The translations under genes and the position numbers were made by a program. A stretch of DNA of 32,000 nucleotides, from NCBI RefSeq assembly GCF_001997385.1, contig NZ_CP019633.1, positions 2,280,001 through 2,312,000 on the forward strand, in the 5' to 3' direction. The notes under the pieces were generated by a model. It searched no databases. It was not told the DNA's origin and saw nothing but the letters and a program-made list of their open reading frames with translations. Shown here piece after piece: positions 24,340 through 32,000 of this stretch. Each line of letters opens with the position of its first letter. Position 1 is the stretch's first letter. Source of the stretch: Sedimentisphaera cyanobacteriorum (GTDB lineage Bacteria > Planctomycetota > Phycisphaerae > Sedimentisphaerales > Sedimentisphaeraceae).

Positions 24340-27201
24340 ATGAACAAGACTGGTCTGAAGATAATACTGCTTGCATCTCTATGCGGTGCGGCATTCTCCG
24401 CTGAGCTGAAAAATGATGCTTATACTGTCCAAACGCTCGATCAGAGCAGGGTCGAACTGAGGCATAAAGATGCCGGCGTATGGGATTTAGAGATGCGGTT
24501 TTGCGTGCTCTTTACAGATAAAAATCCAAGACCTGCCTCGCGTCCGGGTGAAGTGCCGAATGTGAAGTACAATGTAGTTACATGGGAGAATAAGAGCCTT
24601 GAATCAGGTGCCGGGCTGGATTCAAGCCAGAGTGATTATTTGGCTGTAGGCGACGGATTCGATCCGAGCATACTTGAGGGCTCAAGGGACAGCCGTACCG
24701 CAAATCTCTTTTATGCCGCTCCGCAGGTGTCCGTTTCGGCTGAACGGATGGTGCACAGGGGCTCTTCGATTATATACGTTTTCCCCGAGCACCCCTTGTT
24801 TACTCTTCGCGCGAGGCTTAAAATCACAGAGGGTGATGCCCCGCCGGCTTTGGAATATAGCTTTACGCCGAAAAAGGACGGCTATTACTCTGTAGGATAT
24901 GCGGGCTCACCGGAATACCAGCTGGAAGAGCTTGATGAGATTTGGCAGCCGCTGCTCTGGCAGGAAAAGCGCTTCCCAAATAAGCCCTTTATGACAATGG
25001 CGTATCGCTGCACAATCCCCTCAGCTCTGATAACTAAAAACGGCAGTACTTTCGGGATGGTTGTTGACCCGGAGGAATATCCGTTTGAAGAGCTTCCCGT
25101 GTTTGATAATTCGCGGTTCGGGGTTGCCGTGCGGAATAAAGAGGGGCTCGCTGAGCCGATGGTTTTTGCGCCGGTGCTTGGCGGTATTAATTCCAAGATG
25201 AAGGCCGGGCAGAGCTTTTCATTCTCGCTCCGCCCTACTGCTGTTAAAGGCAGAACAACCGAAGCATTTGAATATATAGCCCGCAGGCTTTACGGCTTTG
25301 ATAACTACAGGAAAAATTCAATCTGTACTTTGAATCAGACGCTGGAAAATATGATTGATTACGGTATGAGCCGCTGGAGCCGTTTTCTGGAAGACCAGAA
25401 GGGCTGCAGCTATGCTACCGATGCGCCCGGAACGGTGAAAAACGTTTCTTCCCTGAATCCGCTTGAGCTGGCTATTGCTGCAGATAATGAAGAAATTTTC
25501 AAACGCAGGGCATATCCTTATATAGAGTATATGCTGTCTCGAAAGAAATTCCTGTTTACCACAAACGAAAAGCAGAAAATTCAAAGGCCTTCATACACAC
25601 TTGAAGGCCCCTGCGCCCCGATTTCTGAGCTTAGTTCATTGTTCGGCATTTTCGAAGAGGCAACGCCGGCGTTCAAGGAGCTTGCTGTTCAGGAATTTCA
25701 CCGCAGCCGAGTTCGAAATCTGGATGTTCAGCAGTCTGGAAAAAGCTGGGAGAATGCACTTTTCCTGTACGAGGCAGTGAAAGACAGAAAATATCTCGAT
25801 TTTGCAAAAAGCAGAGCGGATGAATATATAAAGCAAAGGGTTGAAAAGCCCCAGACTGCTTTTGACGACCCTCAGGCAGGTGCATTTTTCTTTTGGACAG
25901 CCTTCACCCCGAAGTTTATTCAATTGCTTGAGCTGTATGAGGTTACTAAAGAACAAAGGTATCTGGAGGCTGCGCATGAAGGGGCAAGAAGGTTTACCCA
26001 GTTTACTTGGATGAGTCCAAAAATCCCCGAGAGAGATATTCTCGTGAACGAGGGGGGCAAGGCCCCGCTGTACTGGTACTTAAAGAGCAAAGGCCATAAG
26101 CAGATGTATATTCCCGAAGAAAAAGTCCCGGCCTGGCGGCTCTCCTCCATCGGTCTTACCCCGGAGTCCACAGGTACCTGCACAGGCCATCGTGCGATTT
26201 TTATGGCCAATTATGCCCCTTGGCTGATTCGTATCGGCTATTACACAGACGATTCATTCCTCAGGGAAGTGGGGCGTTCTGCGATTGTCGGGCGATACTG
26301 CAGCTTCCCGGGATACCACATCAATACGGCAAGAACCACTGCCTATGAAAAGCCCGATTATCCTCTGCGCGAGCACAAGGAGCTCAGCGTGAATTCCTTT
26401 CATTACAATCACATCTGGCCTATGATGTCGATGCTTCTGGATTATCTGGTTACAGAGACTATGGCTCGTTCGGATAAACAGATCGATTTCCCATCTCACT
26501 TTATAGAAGGCTATGCCTACCTTCAGAATAAGTTTTACGGCACTCAGAAGGGACGTTTCTATGATTATCAGGACGCTGTGCTGTGGATGCCGAGCGGACT
26601 GCTGGACGTTGATAATGTTGAGATTAACTATATCTCGGCTAGAGGGGATAATGCCCTGTATTTGGCTTTTCTGAACGAATCGGATAAGCAGGCAGAAGGC
26701 AGGGTATCGCTGAATCAGGAGCTTGTTTCATTAGACAGCTGCAAAGTCCGGCTGCTGAGTGCAGGCGGGAAAGCCTCTAAGGAGATCTCTTCCGGGGATT
26801 TCGATATTAAAATTCCTCCCAGAGGGCTCACGGCAGTTGCGATAGAAGGCGCTGAAATCCAAACACGTTTTCAGCATAAGGTGATGGGGGTAACCGCTGA
26901 GGATGCTTGGGATAAAGGGTTTGTCGAATTTGACAGTCCTGCAGGCAGGGCTGCGGTTCTCAATCTCGGGAAAGCAGCGAAAACTGTATATGTCTATCTC
27001 AAAGACAGCAAGGAAGATTTCCGTAATGTCGATATGATTTATGATGACGGCTCGGGCAAAAACAGAATCCAAGACGATTCTTTCCCATGGGAGTTCACTG
27101 TCCCGATTGATTCGGCTCTCAGCAGCTTCAGCTTCGTTATTGAAGGCAGCGGGCAGGACGGTGAAAAGGTAATTTCAAAGGAATATTTATTGCAGAAGTA
27201 A
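24340..27201 (+). CDS. Large secreted protein of unknown family (possible glycan-active enzyme)
   Basis: The ATG lies 4 nt after the symporter stop. Signal MNKTGLKIILLASLCGAAFSA. 953 aa with no motif I can recognise. The only functional hint is its position between a sugar-type transporter and a multi-GH protein. Confidence 0.5.
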   Translation: MNKTGLKIILLASLCGAAFSAELKNDAYTVQTLDQSRVELRHKDAGVWDLEMRFCVLFTDKNPRPASRPGEVPNVKYNVVTWENKSLESGAGLDSSQSDYLAVGDGFDPSILEGSRDSRTANLFYAAPQVSVSAERMVHRGSSIIYVFPEHPLFTLRARLKITEGDAPPALEYSFTPKKDGYYSVGYAGSPEYQLEELDEIWQPLLWQEKRFPNKPFMTMAYRCTIPSALITKNGSTFGMVVDPEEYPFEELPVFDNSRFGVAVRNKEGLAEPMVFAPVLGGINSKMKAGQSFSFSLRPTAVKGRTTEAFEYIARRLYGFDNYRKNSICTLNQTLENMIDYGMSRWSRFLEDQKGCSYATDAPGTVKNVSSLNPLELAIAADNEEIFKRRAYPYIEYMLSRKKFLFTTNEKQKIQRPSYTLEGPCAPISELSSLFGIFEEATPAFKELAVQEFHRSRVRNLDVQQSGKSWENALFLYEAVKDRKYLDFAKSRADEYIKQRVEKPQTAFDDPQAGAFFFWTAFTPKFIQLLELYEVTKEQRYLEAAHEGARRFTQFTWMSPKIPERDILVNEGGKAPLYWYLKSKGHKQMYIPEEKVPAWRLSSIGLTPESTGTCTGHRAIFMANYAPWLIRIGYYTDDSFLREVGRSAIVGRYCSFPGYHINTARTTAYEKPDYPLREHKELSVNSFHYNHIWPMMSMLLDYLVTETMARSDKQIDFPSHFIEGYAYLQNKFYGTQKGRFYDYQDAVLWMPSGLLDVDNVEINYISARGDNALYLAFLNESDKQAEGRVSLNQELVSLDSCKVRLLSAGGKASKEISSGDFDIKIPPRGLTAVAIEGAEIQTRFQHKVMGVTAEDAWDKGFVEFDSPAGRAAVLNLGKAAKTVYVYLKDSKEDFRNVDMIYDDGSGKNRIQDDSFPWEFTVPIDSALSSFSFVIEGSGQDGEKVISKEYLLQK

Positions 27202-27211
27202 AGGTGTTTTT

Positions 27212-30200
27212 ATGCGTTTTTCAGTTTGTCTAATTGTGGTTATCATTGCTGCTGCTGTAAACTGCTTCGGTGCGGTGAATATATCGGGCCCTTCGGGGGC
27301 TGTTTCTGCTGAGATAGGGGTCGGGGAAAGCGGCTTATACTATTCTGCCGAATTCAACGGCATAACAGCAGTTGAAAATTCTGATATGGGTATTGAGATT
27401 GACGGGATTGATTATTCCGGGCAAAACACCCTAAAGGCAGAACAGATCGAAACCTATTCAATCGATCAGGCGTATCCTTTCCGGGGCGGCAAATCCGTTG
27501 CTCATAATTTCTGCAGCGGTATTAAAATCCCCTTGGACAATCAAACATCAGGCCAAAGATGGATTGTAGAGGCGCGGGCGTATGATGACGGTTTCGCATT
27601 CAGATATATAATCCCCTCTTCCTCGGTTCGCACAGTGAACAAAGAGACCACTTCGTTTAAAATGCCCGCTGAGAGTGATGTGTGGTTTTTCGAGAGAGAC
27701 AGCCACTGGAAACTCAAGACCTACGCAGGTGAATGGATGAAGGCTGATATTTCACAGATGCCTGAAATCTCTCCCGAAGGCCCTGTTCAGGGCGCATTGC
27801 TTCTTTTTGAGCTTCCCTCTGGCGGCTATGCCGGATTAACCGAGGCGGGGATGATGAATTATTCGGGGATGCGGTATGAGGCTGTTGGGAATAATACATT
27901 TCAGGCCAATTTCACAGAAGGTGTGTCCGGCTTTAGTATTGACGGAGATATTACTTCGCCCTGGCGTGTTGTGCTTTTTGCGAATGATTTGAATGAGCTT
28001 GTAAACACAGCGATTCCATGCAATCTCTCTTCTGAGCCTGAGCTGCCTTTGTATTCTAGTACTGATTACATTCAGCCCGGACGAAGCGTTTGGCGCTGGT
28101 GGAGCAAAGACACTGGCACTCCCGAGCAGGAAAAACAAATGATTGACTTCGCTGAGCAGCTCGGTTTTGAATATACAATTATCGATGCAGGCTGGGAAAG
28201 CTGGCCGGAGAAATGGACTGAGCTTGCTGATATATGCGATTATGCCGAGCAGAAGGATGTGCGCGTAATTGTATGGAAGCATTCAGGAGAGATAGACTCA
28301 CCTGCAAGCAGCTGGACGCAGATGGCCGGCTTCTTGGATAACATCAGCGATGCCGGCGCCGAGGGCGTGAAGATTGATTATATCAATGCTGAATCCAAAG
28401 ATAAGATCGATTTTGAAATTGCCGCCCTGAAGCTCGCTGCTGAAAGGCAGCTCGTTGTGAATTTCCACGGATGCAGCAAGGCGGCAGGCCAGAGCAGGAC
28501 TTACCCTAACGAGCTCACGCGTGAAGGCATTCGCGGGCTCGAGCTTAACAAAATGGGCAAACCCCTGCCTGCCGGCCATAATGCAGCGCTGCCATTCACA
28601 CGGTTTGTTTTGGGGCATGCCGATTATACACCTTTCACTCTAACTGCCGATAAACTCGGGAATACTACTGTTGCTCATCAGCTTGCCGGCGTGGTCTGTT
28701 TCACTTCGCCCCTGCAGGTGATTGCCGAAGACCCTGCAAAGCTTCTGGCAGCGGAGAATGCCCCTGTTACTGATATTCTTAAAGATATTCCGACAGTTTG
28801 GGATGAGACAATAGTTTTAGACGGCAGCTCAATTGGCGAGCTTGCTGTTTTGGCTCGCCGAAAAGACCACAGGTGGTTTGTTGGAGGTATCAACGGCGCT
28901 GGGCAGAGAGATTACAGCTGCGATCTGTCGTTTCTTTCAAATGGAAGCTGGTCTGCAAAGCTTTTACGCGATACGCCCGGCTCTCAGACAGAAACACAAA
29001 TCGATATATCTGAGGTTGCAAAAAATGATTCAATAAACATTCCAATCAATGAGGCTGGCGGGTTTGTCCTTGTTCTTACCAAAAATTGGATCTCAGCAAA
29101 TACATGGGAAGATAATTCACAAGACCATAAATGGTCCGAGGCTTCAAACTGGAGCACTGGCTCTGCCCCCTCTACAGCGAACAGCTGGATCAAGATAATC
29201 GGCGGGAGTATGGCGGCGCCGGCGGATTATCCTCAAATCAATTCTGTTGTGCAGGAAATTAAGAATCTGAAGATTGGCTCTGCAGGCTCAGGACAGGCCA
29301 AGCTTACTATAAATCCTGGAGGCGGGCTTTCCGTTGAAGGCATTATCAATCTCGGCGATTACAATAACCCGGATGTTGAGGGTGTTCTGATTATCAACGG
29401 CGGGAGCCTCAACGCAGGGACAGGCGCGGGGAGCGGCCAGCTTCGTGTCGGGGTGAGAAATACCGACGGGACAATTCATCTCAACGAGGGAAAGATCACA
29501 GCAGAGAATCTTTTCATCCCATACAGCACCGGCAGCAGCGGGCGAATTTACTTGAACGGCGGAACGCTTGAAGTTGAAAACCTTTATATGCGAAACAATC
29601 CCGATCTGAATCAGCAGTCTTTGATTGACATCGCAGGCGGAACGCTTGTTCTTCCGGGAAACCGTATTCAAACGGTAAAACAATTTACCCACCGCGGAGG
29701 AATCACCGCCTACAGCGGACGCAGCACTCTGCAGATAGATTACGGCTTGCGCAATCTCGGGAAAACCACAGTTACAGCAGAACCTTTTGATCCCTTTCTC
29801 GCTCATGCCCCGTATCCCGGCCACGGGACAAAAGAGGTTTCTTTGAACCCCGTGTTAAGCTGGGTTCCTGCAGAAGATGCAGTTTCTCAAGATATATATT
29901 TCGGCACTGATTATCAGCAGGTATTGAACGCTTCTCGATTGCCGGCGGATTTTGATGGAAACAGAACGGTGGATCTCGATGATCTGGCGTTTTTTATGAG
30001 TCAGTGGCTTCTTGGCAGTGATTATCAGCAGATAGTTTTGAATACAAAATATGTTCCTGCTTTGAGTTATTCTCAGGCATCTCAGCTGCCCTATAACGGA
30101 AGCCCTGCAGAGCTTTGCAGTCAAATTGAGATAGAGGACTACGATGAAGGAGGAGCGGGTGTCGGGTATTATGATACCAGCACCGGAAACAGCTACGGGC

Positions 30201-32000
30201 AGTACCGCTCGGACGATGTGGATATTGCAAAAATCTCAGAACTTGAAAACCAGTATGCTGTTATGGGCTCAGCGTCTGAATGGTTGGAATATACTGTTGA
30301 AAGCAGGGCAGGTGTATATGATATTTCAGTGCGTGCTGCATGCGCTTATGCCGGCAGAAGCATCACCCTGAAACTGAATGATTCAGAGCTTGCCGAGATT
30401 AACCTGCCCGATACAGGCGGCTGGGATGAGTGGCAGATGGTAACCGTTGAAAACGTTGAAATTGCTCAAAGCGGTGCAGGGGTGCTTCGCTTGGAGCTTC
30501 AGGGGGGCTTGATGGGGTTAGACCGCCTGCGGTTTATAAATACATCCAAGCCTGCCGATCTAAATGAAGACCAGAGCGTTAATCTTCTTGATGCAGCGAT
30601 TTTATCAAATAACTGGAAAAGGTTTGGCCCTTCTTCTTTCAAGGGCAGTCAAACAGAAAACACTTTCAGCCCGGGCAGCCTCGATTACGGAGAACGATAC
30701 TATTGGCGCGTTGATGCGGTTACTCCCGCTGAGATTCGCAAAGGGGATCTCTGGGAGTTTGACACTGAAATCTATGTGGATACCGAGAAGCCGGGATGGA
30801 AGCTTACATTTCACGATGAATTCAACGGCGCAGATTTAGACTGGCAGAAGTGGGAGAGCGAAAGCGGTTCGCCCGGGCATATCGATTCGAGCCGTTGGCC
30901 GGAGAATGCAGTTGTTGAAAACGGCAATTTGCGATTGCTTACCAAAAAAGAGCAACGCGGCGGGAAAGAGTGGACATCAGGCCACATCTGGTCGCGCATT
31001 TTCAAGCAGAAATACGGCTACTGGGAGGCGAGGTATAAGATTGCAGATTCAACAGGGCTTAATAATGCTTTCTGGATGATTGAAACGGGCGATTTTGAGA
31101 TTGATATTGATGAAGGCCATTATCCCGATCAGATGCATACCAACGTTCATAACTGGGCGGGAACCCATTGGGGCGAAGGACATTTGCTGGAAACTGGTCT
31201 CCCGCTCAGCGAGGAGTATCATACTCGCGCCCTCGAATGGACGCCTGAAGAGCTGATTTGGTATTTTGACGGCACGGAAGTTCGGCGCTGGAATTATGAG
31301 ACTAAGGACATCAGTCTTGACAAGCCTGTTGCAGTCCGGTTCAGTACAGCAGTTGTTCAGTGGGCAGGCGAAGTAACAGACGAGTTAGACGGAACTTCCA
31401 TGGATATCGATTACGTTCGAGTTTATGAAAGGTCTAACGAGGCCTTCAACCCATACCCTGAGGATAATGCCGCTGGAATCAGCACTGAGGTGAAGCTTGG
31501 CTGGGAATCCGGGATGCAGACTGCTCAAACCGGCGGACACCATATTTATTTCGGAACCAGCAGGGATGCGGTGCTTAACGCAGATACTCAATCGCCTGAA
31601 TATGCGGGCTGCTCAGATCAGCCGATTTTCGATCCGGGCTCTCTATCTGCCAACACCACTTACTACTGGCGCATAGACCAGACAGACGGCGAGCAGGTAT
31701 GGAAAGGCTTTGTATGGGAGTTTGATACCTGGCAGGACGCCCCGGAAAAGATTGCTCCTGATTCTCTTGAAGCCTTTGCCTCGGGAGTTTCTCAATACGG
31801 AGAACGCGAGCCGATATATGCCGTAAACGGGGCAGGCTTAACAGAAAGCGGGCATACCAATCAGGTGAATGAAAATATGTGGATGACCGACCAGCAGACA
31901 GGCTGGTTCAAGATCGATCTGAATAATCATTTTGACCTCCATCTTTTCGAAATGAAGGTTTGGAATTTCAATATGGCCGGCTATACCGAAAGGGGCGTTA
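27212..32000 (+). CDS. Giant secreted multi-catalytic CAZyme, 3'-truncated: GH97-like, beta-helix-like repeats, Fn3-like with nested CBM6-like insertion, GH16-like, Fn3-like, discoidin-like
   Basis: I translated frame 2 by hand from the ATG at 27212 (preceded by AAGGTG, 10 nt after the upstream stop) to the window end: 1596 codons and no stop. It is absent from the ORF track, presumably because it has no stop in the window. Signal MRFSVCLIVVIIAAAVNCFGA. GH97-like blocks are EGVKIDYI, LVVNFHGCSKAAGQSRTYPNELTREGIRGLE and LPFTRFVLGHADYTP. The CBM6-like block is IEIEDYDEGGAGVGYYD...GGWDEWQ...LRLEL. The GH16-like block carries FEIDIDE (ExDxxE) at 31097..31114. Confidence 0.85.
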   Translation, partial: MRFSVCLIVVIIAAAVNCFGAVNISGPSGAVSAEIGVGESGLYYSAEFNGITAVENSDMGIEIDGIDYSGQNTLKAEQIETYSIDQAYPFRGGKSVAHNFCSGIKIPLDNQTSGQRWIVEARAYDDGFAFRYIIPSSSVRTVNKETTSFKMPAESDVWFFERDSHWKLKTYAGEWMKADISQMPEISPEGPVQGALLLFELPSGGYAGLTEAGMMNYSGMRYEAVGNNTFQANFTEGVSGFSIDGDITSPWRVVLFANDLNELVNTAIPCNLSSEPELPLYSSTDYIQPGRSVWRWWSKDTGTPEQEKQMIDFAEQLGFEYTIIDAGWESWPEKWTELADICDYAEQKDVRVIVWKHSGEIDSPASSWTQMAGFLDNISDAGAEGVKIDYINAESKDKIDFEIAALKLAAERQLVVNFHGCSKAAGQSRTYPNELTREGIRGLELNKMGKPLPAGHNAALPFTRFVLGHADYTPFTLTADKLGNTTVAHQLAGVVCFTSPLQVIAEDPAKLLAAENAPVTDILKDIPTVWDETIVLDGSSIGELAVLARRKDHRWFVGGINGAGQRDYSCDLSFLSNGSWSAKLLRDTPGSQTETQIDISEVAKNDSINIPINEAGGFVLVLTKNWISANTWEDNSQDHKWSEASNWSTGSAPSTANSWIKIIGGSMAAPADYPQINSVVQEIKNLKIGSAGSGQAKLTINPGGGLSVEGIINLGDYNNPDVEGVLIINGGSLNAGTGAGSGQLRVGVRNTDGTIHLNEGKITAENLFIPYSTGSSGRIYLNGGTLEVENLYMRNNPDLNQQSLIDIAGGTLVLPGNRIQTVKQFTHRGGITAYSGRSTLQIDYGLRNLGKTTVTAEPFDPFLAHAPYPGHGTKEVSLNPVLSWVPAEDAVSQDIYFGTDYQQVLNASRLPADFDGNRTVDLDDLAFFMSQWLLGSDYQQIVLNTKYVPALSYSQASQLPYNGSPAELCSQIEIEDYDEGGAGVGYYDTSTGNSYGQYRSDDVDIAKISELENQYAVMGSASEWLEYTVESRAGVYDISVRAACAYAGRSITLKLNDSELAEINLPDTGGWDEWQMVTVENVEIAQSGAGVLRLELQGGLMGLDRLRFINTSKPADLNEDQSVNLLDAAILSNNWKRFGPSSFKGSQTENTFSPGSLDYGERYYWRVDAVTPAEIRKGDLWEFDTEIYVDTEKPGWKLTFHDEFNGADLDWQKWESESGSPGHIDSSRWPENAVVENGNLRLLTKKEQRGGKEWTSGHIWSRIFKQKYGYWEARYKIADSTGLNNAFWMIETGDFEIDIDEGHYPDQMHTNVHNWAGTHWGEGHLLETGLPLSEEYHTRALEWTPEELIWYFDGTEVRRWNYETKDISLDKPVAVRFSTAVVQWAGEVTDELDGTSMDIDYVRVYERSNEAFNPYPEDNAAGISTEVKLGWESGMQTAQTGGHHIYFGTSRDAVLNADTQSPEYAGCSDQPIFDPGSLSANTTYYWRIDQTDGEQVWKGFVWEFDTWQDAPEKIAPDSLEAFASGVSQYGEREPIYAVNGAGLTESGHTNQVNENMWMTDQQTGWFKIDLNNHFDLHLFEMKVWNFNMAGYTERGV
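29903..29932 (+). repeat. Direct repeat copy 1 (GGCACTGATTATCAGCAGGTATTGAACGCT) inside the giant ORF
   Basis: Encodes GTDYQQVLNA. It matches 30014..30046 (GGCAGTGATTATCAGCAGATAGTTTTGAATACA, GSDYQQIVLNT) apart from a 3-nt indel and a few substitutions. The copies start 111 nt apart. Confidence 0.7.
30014..30046 (+). repeat. Direct repeat copy 2 inside the giant ORF
   Basis: See copy 1. The two copies bracket the first dockerin-like F-hand segment. Confidence 0.7.

Noticed and set aside
27836-29824. Minus-strand ORFs of 148, 106, 71, 69 and 178 aa, and small plus-strand ORFs in frame 3 (28833, 30144, 30564)
   Set aside because: All lie inside the uninterrupted frame-2 ORF, which carries GH97, CBM6 and GH16 motifs. 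I found no motif support for any of them.
1-32000. Search for CRISPR arrays, tRNA/rRNA genes, IS elements, integrases or toxin-antitoxin pairs
   Set aside because: I saw no regularly spaced short repeats, no tRNA-like T-arm or acceptor sequences in the intergenic regions, and no transposase, integrase or small paired ORFs. This was a visual scan only, so short or degenerate elements could have been missed.

Overview
All 17 genes I can support in this 32-kb window are on the + strand. The left ~9.8 kb is housekeeping envelope and proteostasis: secA (5'-truncated at the window edge), a TPR/BamD-like secreted protein, an LptE-like lipoprotein, ftsH, a three-domain dsbD, a LOG/TIGR00730-family gene and an Fe-S flavoprotein. 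The right ~22 kb is an accessory cell-surface and glycan-utilisation locus. Its gene content looks like the PVC superphylum (Phycisphaerae, Kiritimatiellia or Lentisphaeria-like); this is inference. It holds: (1) two orphan prepilin-type (pseudopilin-like) genes; (2) three paralogous secreted proteins sharing a ~250-aa N-terminal module, one ending in PEP-CTERM and two extended by Fn3-like, Ig-like and LamG domains plus a 4-Cys dockerin-like tail; (3) two FAD-dependent oxidoreductase paralogs, one Tat-exported and one cytosolic; (4) a sodium:solute symporter; (5) a 953-aa secreted protein of unknown family; (6) an open-ended ORF of more than 1596 aa (27212 to window end) that is missing from the supplied ORF track and combines GH97-like, beta-helix-like, CBM6-like, GH16-like and discoidin-like modules. 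Four intergenic copies of a tandem motif (TTCGYAAAATGGGG twice, 20-22 bp start to start) sit upstream of four adjacent transcription units and suggest a dedicated regulon; no regulator gene is in the window. I saw no rRNA, tRNA, CRISPR array, transposase or integrase. All family assignments rest on motifs read by eye, with no database search.
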